This document shows, in pieces, positions 10,083-17,737 of a DNA stretch of 49,149 nt. The number at the start of each line of letters is the position of its first letter. Position 1 is the stretch's first letter. The notes below the pieces were generated by a model. The model saw nothing but the letters and a program-made list of their open reading frames with translations, did no database searches and had not been told where the DNA came from. This stretch comes from Clostridia bacterium. GTDB taxonomy: Bacteria > Bacillota > Clostridia > Oscillospirales > CAG-272. The DNA lies in contig JAFVYN010000175.1 in NCBI GenBank assembly GCA_017508605.1, positions 1 through 49,149 on the forward strand. Reading direction: 5' to 3'. Both the position numbers and the translations under genes were made by a program.

Positions 10083-10137
10083 ATCGCGGCCGGATACAAG
10101 CTTCATTGATATAGTACAGAAGTGAATATGTTTTCAT

Positions 10138-10203
10138 GATCAATCGGACAGTAATGGAGCCTCTCCCCACGGGAGAGGTGGCGGCGTAGCCGACGGAGAG
10201 GGC
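10138..10203. repeat. Repeat B copy 1 (66 bp), approximately the reverse complement of the A core
   Basis: GATCAATCGGACAGTAATGGAGCCTCTCCCCACGGGAGAGGTGGCGGCGTAGCCGACGGAGAGGGC; ends 3 nt before the DUF559 ATG. Confidence 0.95.
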
Positions 10204-10206
10204 GCA

Positions 10207-10625
10207 ATGGAAAAGATTCAGGTGAAGAAGAATTACGATTTATTAAATATTGCTAAAATATTGCGTCGCAATATGACACCGCAAGAAAAACATTTGTGGT
10301 ATGATTTCCTGAAAAACTATCCGATCAAGATTTACAAGCAACGCATTATAGACAATTTTATCGCGGATTTTTACTGTTACCGAGCGCGCCTTGTTATTGA
10401 AATTGATGGATTGCAGCATTACACCAAAAAGGAATATCTCATGATGAGGCAAGAACCGAGGCAATGAAAAAATACGGTTTGAAAGTAATACGGTTCTCTA
10501 ATGAAGATGTTGATAAACGATTCTATACTGTATGCTGTGAAATAGATATGAAGATCCAAGAAAGAATCAATGAATTGACCGCCTTTCGTAACGTGAATAA
10601 CATTGCCGGCGAAAAGAGTGACTAA
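10207..10625 (+). pseudogene. DUF559 / Vsr-like endonuclease domain protein with a -1 frameshift at A5 (10426-10430)
   Basis: Frame 1 gives LRRNMTPQEKHLW...FIADFYC...LVIEIDGLQH. The frame from 10431 gives GISHDEARTEAMKKYGLKVIRFSNEDVDKRFYTVCCEID...SD*, the typical DUF559 C-terminus. Markedly AT-rich compared with its neighbours. Confidence 0.85.
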
Positions 10626-10722
10626 GCGAGATCATTTAGTAAAAGTAAATTCTCATGCTTGACAGAAAGCTCTCTCACCCGCTACGCGGGAGCTCTCCCG
10701 TGGGGAGAGCCTTGGGTTAGCG
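10618..10722. repeat. Repeat A copy 2; contains the DUF559 stop codon
   Basis: Near-identical to 9978-10082 at an offset of 640 bp. Confidence 0.95.
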
Positions 10723-10776
10723 CCGGCGATTGAACAGGGATGCAGATATGACAAGCAAAAGCCAATCAGCCCGAAC

Positions 10777-10842
10777 GATCAATCGGACAGTAATTGAGCC
10801 TCTCCCCACGGGAGAGGTGGCGGCGCAGCCGACGGAGAGGGC
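10777..10842. repeat. Repeat B copy 2
   Basis: Matches 10138-10203 with 2 substitutions. Confidence 0.95.
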
Positions 10843-10879
10843 AACCGAAGCAGGTAACCGAAGCGGTCAACCGGAACGG

Positions 10880-10975
10880 GTGACTAAGCGAGATCATTTA
10901 GTTAAAGTGAATTCTCATGCTTGACAGAAAGCCCTCTCACCCGCTGCGCGGGAGCTCTCCCGTGGGGAGAGCCTT
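10880..10975. repeat. Repeat A copy 3
   Basis: Near-identical to A1 and A2 up to ...GGGGAGAGCCTT. Confidence 0.95.
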
Positions 10976-11233
10976 TGGTACAGATCTTTATTGAGCGTGG
11001 CACGTTTTTGATTGGAATTAAAATAAAAGGGTATTGGATTAAAGATGTGAAAGAGTGTTGGCACGTGTCGGCATTGTGCTTCACATTGGATATGAAAAGT
11101 TATTGAAAGGATGCAGGAATCTTTTTCGTTGTCTTGAAACATAAAACAGACATCGTCCCGAAGGGTTTTGAAAGGGCGCGAGAAAACTTTTTTCAAAATT
11201 TTTCTCGCAAAAAGTTTCCGCGCGGAAGAACGT

Positions 11234-12100
11234 ATGTATATTGCAGATAAATGGACAGAGTATAAGCTGATCGATGCCGATGACGGTAAGCGGCTTGAGG
11301 ACTGGGCGGGGCATGTTCTTGTGCGCCCCGATCCGCAGATCATCTGGAAGGAATGCGCCAAAAGTCCCCTTTGGAAGCGTGCCGACGCGGTGTATAAACG
11401 CTCGAAATCGGGGGGCGGCGCGTGGACGCAGTTCAAAAAGCTGCCCGAGGAATGGGAGCTTTCTTATGAATCTCTCGGGCTTCGCTTCGTTGTCAAGCCG
11501 ATGGGCTTCAAGCACACGGGCGTTTTTCCCGAGCAGGCGGCGAACTGGGAATGGTTTTCTCACTTGATCCGCGATGCCAAAAGACCCATCAAGGTGCTGA
11601 ATCTCTTTGCCTATACCGGCGGCGCGACGATCGCGGCGGCAAAGGCGGGGGCTTCGGTGGTACACGTGGACGCTTCGCAGGGCATGAACCGTCAGGCGCA
11701 GAAAAATGCCGAGCTTTCGGGTCTTTCCTCGGCGCCCATCCGCTATATCACCGATGACTGCGCCAAATTCGTACAGCGCGAGATCCGTCGGGGCAACCGT
11801 TACGATGCCATCATTATGGATCCTCCCTCTTACGGACGGGGTACGTCGGGCGAATTATGGAAGTTGGAGGATATGATCTTCGATTTCGTCAAAATGACGT
11901 CGGAGCTTTTGTCGGATCAGCCCCTCTTTTTCCTCATCAATTCTTACACGACCGGACTTTCGCCCTCCACGATGGGCTGTATTCTCTCGCTCGCTCTGAA
12001 GGAGCGCGGGGGCAATGTGGCGTGTGACGAGGTCGGCCTTCCCATCGGAGACGGCAGGATCTGTCTCCCCTGCGGCGCGGCGGCAAGAATGACATTCTGA
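11234..12100 (+). CDS. Class I SAM-dependent methyltransferase (RlmI/RlmK-like)
   Basis: FKHTGVFPEQAANW, VLNLFAYTGG, HVDAS, IMDPPSYGRG; start moved to ATG 11234. Confidence 0.88.
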   Translation: MYIADKWTEYKLIDADDGKRLEDWAGHVLVRPDPQIIWKECAKSPLWKRADAVYKRSKSGGGAWTQFKKLPEEWELSYESLGLRFVVKPMGFKHTGVFPEQAANWEWFSHLIRDAKRPIKVLNLFAYTGGATIAAAKAGASVVHVDASQGMNRQAQKNAELSGLSSAPIRYITDDCAKFVQREIRRGNRYDAIIMDPPSYGRGTSGELWKLEDMIFDFVKMTSELLSDQPLFFLINSYTTGLSPSTMGCILSLALKERGGNVACDEVGLPIGDGRICLPCGAAARMTF

Positions 12101-12114
12101 CGGGTTTTCGGTCT

Positions 12115-12393
12115 GTGCCTTCCCGCAAGATTGCTTATACACACCTTCTCTCTCTGCCGGGAGGTTCGCCCATCCCCTTGCCCAAAACGTTTACCGTAAG
12201 CGAGATCAACGAGCATTGTGAGAAATACGGAGTCAATCCCTTTTTTTCCGATCCCCATGATACCTCATCCGCTATCGCCATCAGAGAAAATCTGATCCGT
12301 CTTGAAACCAAAGAATTCCGGAACCGCTATTTCGGTGTCAGCTCCTTTGCGGAATACTGTCCGCCGATCTATGATCCCAACGAAAACACCTGA
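12115..12393 (+). CDS. Hypothetical protein (92 aa)
   Basis: Fills the gap between the methyltransferase and ecfA1 co-directionally; GTG start with no clear RBS. Confidence 0.35.
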   Translation: MPSRKIAYTHLLSLPGGSPIPLPKTFTVSEINEHCEKYGVNPFFSDPHDTSSAIAIRENLIRLETKEFRNRYFGVSSFAEYCPPIYDPNENT

Positions 12394-12403
12394 AAGGAAC
12401 GCT

Positions 12404-13258
12404 ATGGCTTTTATTGAAATACAAAATCTGACCTATGCCTATGACGGCGAGGGTGACACCCGCGAGGAAGCGCTCAAGGGTCTGACCTTTTCGGTAGAAA
12501 AGGGGGAATTCGTCGCCCTGCTCGGACATAACGGCTCGGGAAAATCGACCCTTGCGAAGCTGCTTGCCTCAGTGCTGGAGCTTCAGGAGGGCGAGATCGT
12601 CATTGATTCGCAGAAGCTTTCCGAGCTGAAGACCGAGGAGGAGCTGTTCAGAATCCGCAACAAGGTGGGCATGGTCTTTCAGAATCCCGACGATCAGCTT
12701 GTGGCGACCGTGGTGGAGGAGGATATTGCCTTCGGACCCGAAAACGCGGGTCTTGATCCCATTGAGATCCGCCGCCGTGTTTATCGCGCACTCAAGGCGG
12801 TTGACATGCTGCCCTACGCCAAGCACGCGCCCCACCGTCTTTCGGGCGGTCAGAAGCAGCGCATCGCCATTGCGGGCGTGCTTGCCATGATGCCCGAATG
12901 CATCGTTTTCGACGAGGCGACCGCCATGCTCGATCCCAAGGGCAGACGGGACGTCATGGAGATGATCGAAAAGATCCACGAAAGCGGCATCACCGTTCTG
13001 CACATCACGCACAATATGAAGGAAGCGTTGCTTGCCGACCGCGTGATCGTGATCAATGACGGCAAGGTCTATCTTGAGGGTACGCCCCGTGAGGTCTTTT
13101 CGCACGTTGAGGAGCTTCGCTCGATCGGGCTGGAGTCACCTCAGGTGACCGAGCTTTGCCACGCCTTGAAGCAACTCGGCTTTTCGCTTCCCGACGACGT
13201 CGTGGATGATGAAAAAGCCATTGATCTGATCCTCACGCTATATGAGGAAAGCCAGTAA
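12404..13258 (+). CDS. ecfA1: ECF transporter ATPase EcfA1
   Basis: GHNGSGKST, VFQNPD, LSGGQKQRIAIAG, FDEATAMLDP; ATG 12404 behind AAGGA. Confidence 0.92.
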   Translation: MAFIEIQNLTYAYDGEGDTREEALKGLTFSVEKGEFVALLGHNGSGKSTLAKLLASVLELQEGEIVIDSQKLSELKTEEELFRIRNKVGMVFQNPDDQLVATVVEEDIAFGPENAGLDPIEIRRRVYRALKAVDMLPYAKHAPHRLSGGQKQRIAIAGVLAMMPECIVFDEATAMLDPKGRRDVMEMIEKIHESGITVLHITHNMKEALLADRVIVINDGKVYLEGTPREVFSHVEELRSIGLESPQVTELCHALKQLGFSLPDDVVDDEKAIDLILTLYEESQ

Positions 13259-13274
13259 GAGAGAAGGTAGTGTT

Positions 13275-14162
13275 ATGGAAGGACACAAGCTGAATACAAC
13301 CGAATATCTTCTCTATGCCGAGCATCTGAGCTATGAGTACGGCATCGGTACGCCCTTTCGCAAAACGGCGCTCGATGACGTGACCTTCGGCATCAGAGCG
13401 GGACGGATCACGGGCATTATCGGACATACGGGCTCGGGCAAATCCACGCTGGTGCAGATGATGAACGGTCTTCTGAAGCCTCAGAAGGGAACGGTCTATT
13501 ACCGCGGCGAGGACATTCACAAGGACAAAAAGACCCTTCCCGCGCTCCGTCACAAGGTTGGGCTGGTCTTTCAGTATCCCGAATATCAGTTATTTGAAGA
13601 AACAGTACGGCGCGATATTGCCTACGGACCTCACAATATGGGGCTTTCGGAGGAAGAGATCGCGTGCCGTGTGGAAGAGGCGGCGGAATTCGTCGGCCTC
13701 GATAAATCGCTTCTCGACAAATCGCCCTTCGATCTTTCGGGCGGTCAGAAGCGGCGCGTTGCCATTGCGGGCGTGATCGCGATGCGCCCCGAGCTTCTCA
13801 TTCTCGACGAGCCTGCCTCGGGACTTGACCCGATCGGCAGAAGGAGTATTTTTGAGGGACTTCTCCGTTACCGCGACAAGACCGGGGCGGCGGTGGTCAT
13901 CGTCAGCCATTCGATGGAGGATATGGCGACCTATGCCGAGGACATCGTGGTGCTGTCTCAGGACAGACTGATCCTCTCGGGCACGCGCGACGAGGTCTTC
14001 TCGCATGCCGACGAGCTGATCGCGCATTCTCTCGATATCCCCGACGTCGCGCGTATTGCCGCAAGACTTCGCGCGGCGGGACTTATGCTTCCTAAAAATC
14101 TTTATACCGTCGAGGAGACGGCAAAGGCACTCGCGGTGCTTCTGAAAGGGGGAGCGGTATGA
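13275..14162 (+). CDS. ecfA2: ECF transporter ATPase EcfA2
   Basis: GHTGSGKST, VFQYPEYQLFEETV, SPFDLSGGQKRRVAIAG. Confidence 0.92.
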   Translation: MEGHKLNTTEYLLYAEHLSYEYGIGTPFRKTALDDVTFGIRAGRITGIIGHTGSGKSTLVQMMNGLLKPQKGTVYYRGEDIHKDKKTLPALRHKVGLVFQYPEYQLFEETVRRDIAYGPHNMGLSEEEIACRVEEAAEFVGLDKSLLDKSPFDLSGGQKRRVAIAGVIAMRPELLILDEPASGLDPIGRRSIFEGLLRYRDKTGAAVVIVSHSMEDMATYAEDIVVLSQDRLILSGTRDEVFSHADELIAHSLDIPDVARIAARLRAAGLMLPKNLYTVEETAKALAVLLKGGAV

Positions 14163-15013
14163 TCAAGGACATTACCCTCGGGCAGTATTTTCCGGGCGAT
14201 TCCTTTCTGCACAGGCTCGATCCCCGCATGAAGCTTCTGCTTTCCATCTTATATATTATGATGATCTTCACCGCCACCAGCGTGATCTCGCTGATCGTGA
14301 TGACAGTCTTCACCTTTTTGCTTCCCGTGGTGGCAAAGCTATCGGCAAAGACCGTGATGGGCGCGATCAAGCCCCTTCGCTGGGTGATCCTCATCATGCT
14401 GCTGCTCTTTCTTCTGAACGGCGCGGGTGAGGGCTATCACGTTCTCTGGGAATTCCATTACGGCTTTGTGAATCTCGTGCTTTCGATCGAGGGCATCATC
14501 AAGGCTGTGGCGGTTTCCGTCAGGATCGTTCTTCTCGTGCTTTCGGTGAGCGTGATCCTGTCGTATACCACCTCACCCATCGCGCTTGCCGACGCCATCG
14601 AATCCCTTCTCATGCCGCTCAGCTATCTGCGTGTGCCGGTGCATGATTTTGCTATGATGATCACCATTGCCATGCGCTTTATTCCCATTCTCATCGAAGA
14701 GACCGACAAGATCATGTCGGCGCAGTCGGCAAGAGGCGCGGATTTCACCACCGGTTCTCTCGTCAAGCGCGCCAAGGCGCTGATCCCCGTCTTCATTCCG
14801 CTGTTCGTATCCTCGGTGCGCCATGCCGACAATCTGGCGACGGCAATGGAATGCCGTCTCTACCGCGGCGGTAACAACCGCACGAGAATGCGCTCGCTCC
14901 GTTATACCGTGAGAGACTTCGTTGCCCTCTTTCTGATGGGCGTGCTTTTACTCTTCATTGCCGTTCTGACCCGGGAGTTCACCTTCGGATATCTCGGCTT
15001 TCACTACGTATAA
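14159..15013 (+). CDS. ecfT: ECF transporter transmembrane T component
   Basis: ITLGQYFPGDS.LHRLDPR, IAMRFIP, AQSARG, AMECR. Confidence 0.93.
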   Translation: MIKDITLGQYFPGDSFLHRLDPRMKLLLSILYIMMIFTATSVISLIVMTVFTFLLPVVAKLSAKTVMGAIKPLRWVILIMLLLFLLNGAGEGYHVLWEFHYGFVNLVLSIEGIIKAVAVSVRIVLLVLSVSVILSYTTSPIALADAIESLLMPLSYLRVPVHDFAMMITIAMRFIPILIEETDKIMSAQSARGADFTTGSLVKRAKALIPVFIPLFVSSVRHADNLATAMECRLYRGGNNRTRMRSLRYTVRDFVALFLMGVLLLFIAVLTREFTFGYLGFHYV

Positions 15014-15055
15014 CCTTCATTCACCCGTTTCACTCACCGATCTCTGAGGATCCTT

Positions 15056-15793
15056 ATGAAAATACTCATAGAACTTGCCTACCTCGGCAGTGCTTACAGC
15101 GGCTTCCAGGTACAGGAGAACGCACCGAGCGTGCAAAAGGCTTTACAGGAATCGCTGGAGATCTTTCTCGGCATGCCCCTTCTGATCACGGGTTGCAGCC
15201 GTACCGATTCCGGTGTCCACGCGCGGCAGTTCTTCGCCACAGCCGAGGGCAATATCGCCGAAAGCTTTCCCGTTGAAAAGCTGCCGAAGGCAACGGCGCG
15301 CGTGCTTCCGCGCGATATCGTGATCCTGTCGGCATCCCGTGTCGACGAGAGCTTTCACGTGCGGTATGATGTTGAATATAAAGAATATGAATACGTGATC
15401 GCCAACACCGAGATCCTTGATCCTTTTATGAAGGACCGCGCTTACCATTACCCCCATCCGCTTGACGAGACGCTTCTCAACGAGGCGGCGGGACATTTTG
15501 TGGGCAGGCACGATTTCAGGGGCTTTATGTCGCAGGGCTCCAAGGTGGTGGACACCGTCAGGGAGATCCGCTATTTCACCGTTCACCGCGAGGGCGCGAC
15601 CGTCCGCATGCGGGTGGCGGCAGACGGCTTTCTCTATAACATGGTGCGTATTCTTTGCGGTACGCTGATCGCGGTGGCGGAGGGCAAGATCCCGCTTGAC
15701 AGCCTGGATGACGTCATTGCTTCCAAGGACCGCACGAGGGCGGGCGCGACCCTGCCGCCCCAGGGACTGTATCTTTCGCGCGTGGTATACTGA
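15056..15793 (+). CDS. truA: tRNA pseudouridine(38-40) synthase
   Basis: YLGSAYSGFQ.Q, GCSRTDSGVHA, GFLYNMVR, PQGLYL. Confidence 0.96.
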   Translation: MKILIELAYLGSAYSGFQVQENAPSVQKALQESLEIFLGMPLLITGCSRTDSGVHARQFFATAEGNIAESFPVEKLPKATARVLPRDIVILSASRVDESFHVRYDVEYKEYEYVIANTEILDPFMKDRAYHYPHPLDETLLNEAAGHFVGRHDFRGFMSQGSKVVDTVREIRYFTVHREGATVRMRVAADGFLYNMVRILCGTLIAVAEGKIPLDSLDDVIASKDRTRAGATLPPQGLYLSRVVY

Positions 15794-15841
15794 TCGGCAG
15801 AAAAAGGATGATCGGAGGATCCGATCGGAAAGGAGGACGGT

Positions 15842-17044
15842 ATGAAAAAGACAGGCGTGATCTATCATAACGGATATTACCGCGTTGCCCGTCGGCTGGG
15901 AGTGGTCAGATATCTGACACTTTTCGTGCTTATGGTGTTTTCGCTGACCCTCTTTTTTGCCTTTCGTCAGGATATGACGCTCGATCATTTCCGTTATCTC
16001 CTTCGCAATTTTGACTTTACGCCGAATGCCTCGTCCACATCGGGGGACACTATTCACTACAACGGCGATCCCGACGCGACCTTCGGCTTTGTTTCGGGAG
16101 GCTTTGCGACCGTGACCGACACCCGTGTGTTTGTGACCGACCGCTCGTCCTCCACCACCTTTTCGGCATATCACGGCTACCGTGAGCCGAGAGGGGTCTT
16201 TTCGGACACCTATATGCTCTTATACGATCGGGGCGGCTCGGAGCTTTCGGTCTACAACGCCTTTTCGCTGATCAAGAGCTTTTCTTACGAGGGCACGGTC
16301 ATTGCCGCCGCGGCGGCGGATGACGGGACCTTCGCCGTTGCCGTGACACCATCTGACGGCTATTATTCGGTGGTGTACGTTTACGATCGGCAAATGAAGT
16401 GTGTCAACACGATTTCCAAATACAAATACCTGACCTCGCTTTCGCTTTCACGCGACGGCTCGACCCTTCTGGTGGGCAGCCGCTATCCCTCGGAAAGCGG
16501 TGCGGAGGCATATGAGCTTCTGACCCTTGAGGTCGGCAGTAAAACGCCGACTGTCAGTCTGACGCTGTCGAAGACGGTCTATGCCGCCGCTCTGAGTGGA
16601 TCGGGCGGGATCATGGTACTGACAGAAGACGAGGTGCAATTTTATGCCGAGGACGGCAGTCTTCTTTCTGCCTTTGCGACCGAGGGCGCGCCGCGGAAGA
16701 GCAGCTTTACCAAGGAAGGGGTACTGCTTGTCACAAGCGGTGCTGACGGGCGTGAGGAACGTCTTGCCTATGTGACCCCAGCGGGCAAAACGCTTTACAG
16801 CCTGCCCTGTCGTGCCGTATCCTTCGGCGAGGATGACAAGCGCCTCTACTGTCTTCTTGAAAATTCGCTGGCTGTGATCGACAAAGAGACAGGTGTCTTT
16901 ACCGAAACGGCGGTAGACGTCAGCGAGGCGATCGCCCTTGTCAACGACGTTGAGCGTGTCTATCTTGCCTCGGCTGACCTTGCCGAGAGGCTGGATCACA
17001 AGGCGCTCGGTGAGAAAAATTCACAAACCGACACAGAACGCTAA
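15842..17044 (+). CDS. Membrane-anchored beta-propeller-like protein (DUF5711-like)
   Basis: One N-terminal TM helix followed by beta-rich repeats (YMLLYDRGG); lies upstream of the CvpA gene; family call is by recollection. Confidence 0.6.
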   Translation: MKKTGVIYHNGYYRVARRLGVVRYLTLFVLMVFSLTLFFAFRQDMTLDHFRYLLRNFDFTPNASSTSGDTIHYNGDPDATFGFVSGGFATVTDTRVFVTDRSSSTTFSAYHGYREPRGVFSDTYMLLYDRGGSELSVYNAFSLIKSFSYEGTVIAAAAADDGTFAVAVTPSDGYYSVVYVYDRQMKCVNTISKYKYLTSLSLSRDGSTLLVGSRYPSESGAEAYELLTLEVGSKTPTVSLTLSKTVYAAALSGSGGIMVLTEDEVQFYAEDGSLLSAFATEGAPRKSSFTKEGVLLVTSGADGREERLAYVTPAGKTLYSLPCRAVSFGEDDKRLYCLLENSLAVIDKETGVFTETAVDVSEAIALVNDVERVYLASADLAERLDHKALGEKNSQTDTER

Positions 17045-17103
17045 CATAAACAACAGATTCCGCGCTTATATTGTAGCGTAAGACCGTCATAAGGAGGAAT
17101 TTT

Positions 17104-17676
17104 GTGTCAAGCTATGTCATTGACGGTATTCTGATCCTCATTTTTCTGGCTGCGGTGCTGTATTACACCTACCGCGGCTTTGTGGCATCGATCATCGGAT
17201 TTTTGAAATTCTTCGTTGCCACGGGGATCGCGACCCTGTTTTCCCCCATGCTTGGGGAGAGATTTCAACCCTTTATTTCCGAAAAGCTCGGCACGGGGCT
17301 GGGCGAGGATTTTTTCTCGGTCATGCTTCAGGAAATGGTTTCGTCGGGCTATATCGCAAAGGCACTTGCCTTCACGCTTCTCTTTGTTGCCGTGATGCTT
17401 CTTGTGAAGATCATCGAGCTTCTGTCGGGCGTGATCACAAGATTGCCCGGTATTCGCTTTATCAACCGTACACTCGGCATGCTCATCGGCATCATCGTGG
17501 GCTTTTTCTGGGTACAGCTCATCACCTTCGCGGGGGTGGCGCTCGGAGAATATACCCACGGCTCGATCTCCTTTATTCCCGAAGGCACCTACCGTGCCAC
17601 GGTCGTATGCCGTTGGCTGTATGAGCATAATATGTTTAAATGGATCATCGAACGCCTGATGGAGGCTTTGGCATAA
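17104..17676 (+). CDS. CvpA family membrane protein
   Basis: ID.ILILI...YRGF, INRTLGMLIG; 4 TM segments; AGGAGG RBS and GTG start. Confidence 0.8.
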   Translation: MSSYVIDGILILIFLAAVLYYTYRGFVASIIGFLKFFVATGIATLFSPMLGERFQPFISEKLGTGLGEDFFSVMLQEMVSSGYIAKALAFTLLFVAVMLLVKIIELLSGVITRLPGIRFINRTLGMLIGIIVGFFWVQLITFAGVALGEYTHGSISFIPEGTYRATVVCRWLYEHNMFKWIIERLMEALA

Positions 17677-17737
17677 GCCTCTGTCGGCTGTTATAACAGA
17701 AAGGATAAGGAGCGGACGATGCCGCTCGGTACGAACG

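Larger units (their letters stand above)
9907..10975. mobile_element. Array of alternating inverted REP-like double-hairpin repeats enclosing a DUF559 nuclease gene (putative REPIN/MITE-like element)
   Basis: Order B0(9907-9937), A1(9978-10082), spacer, B1(10138-10203), DUF559, A2(10618-10722), spacer, B2(10777-10842), A3(10880-10975). The repeats are directly visible; mobility is inferred. Confidence 0.6.

Noticed and set aside
9978-10975. Canonical CRISPR array or classical IS element
   Set aside because: The repeats are 66-105 bp, of two alternating inverted types; no cas or transposase gene and no evident target-site duplication. Kept instead as a non-canonical finding.
10730-11106. Short ORFs across the repeats (10730-10924, 10902-11084, 10921-11106; also 9747-9995)
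   Set aside because: These are largely translations of repeat DNA with no coding signal.
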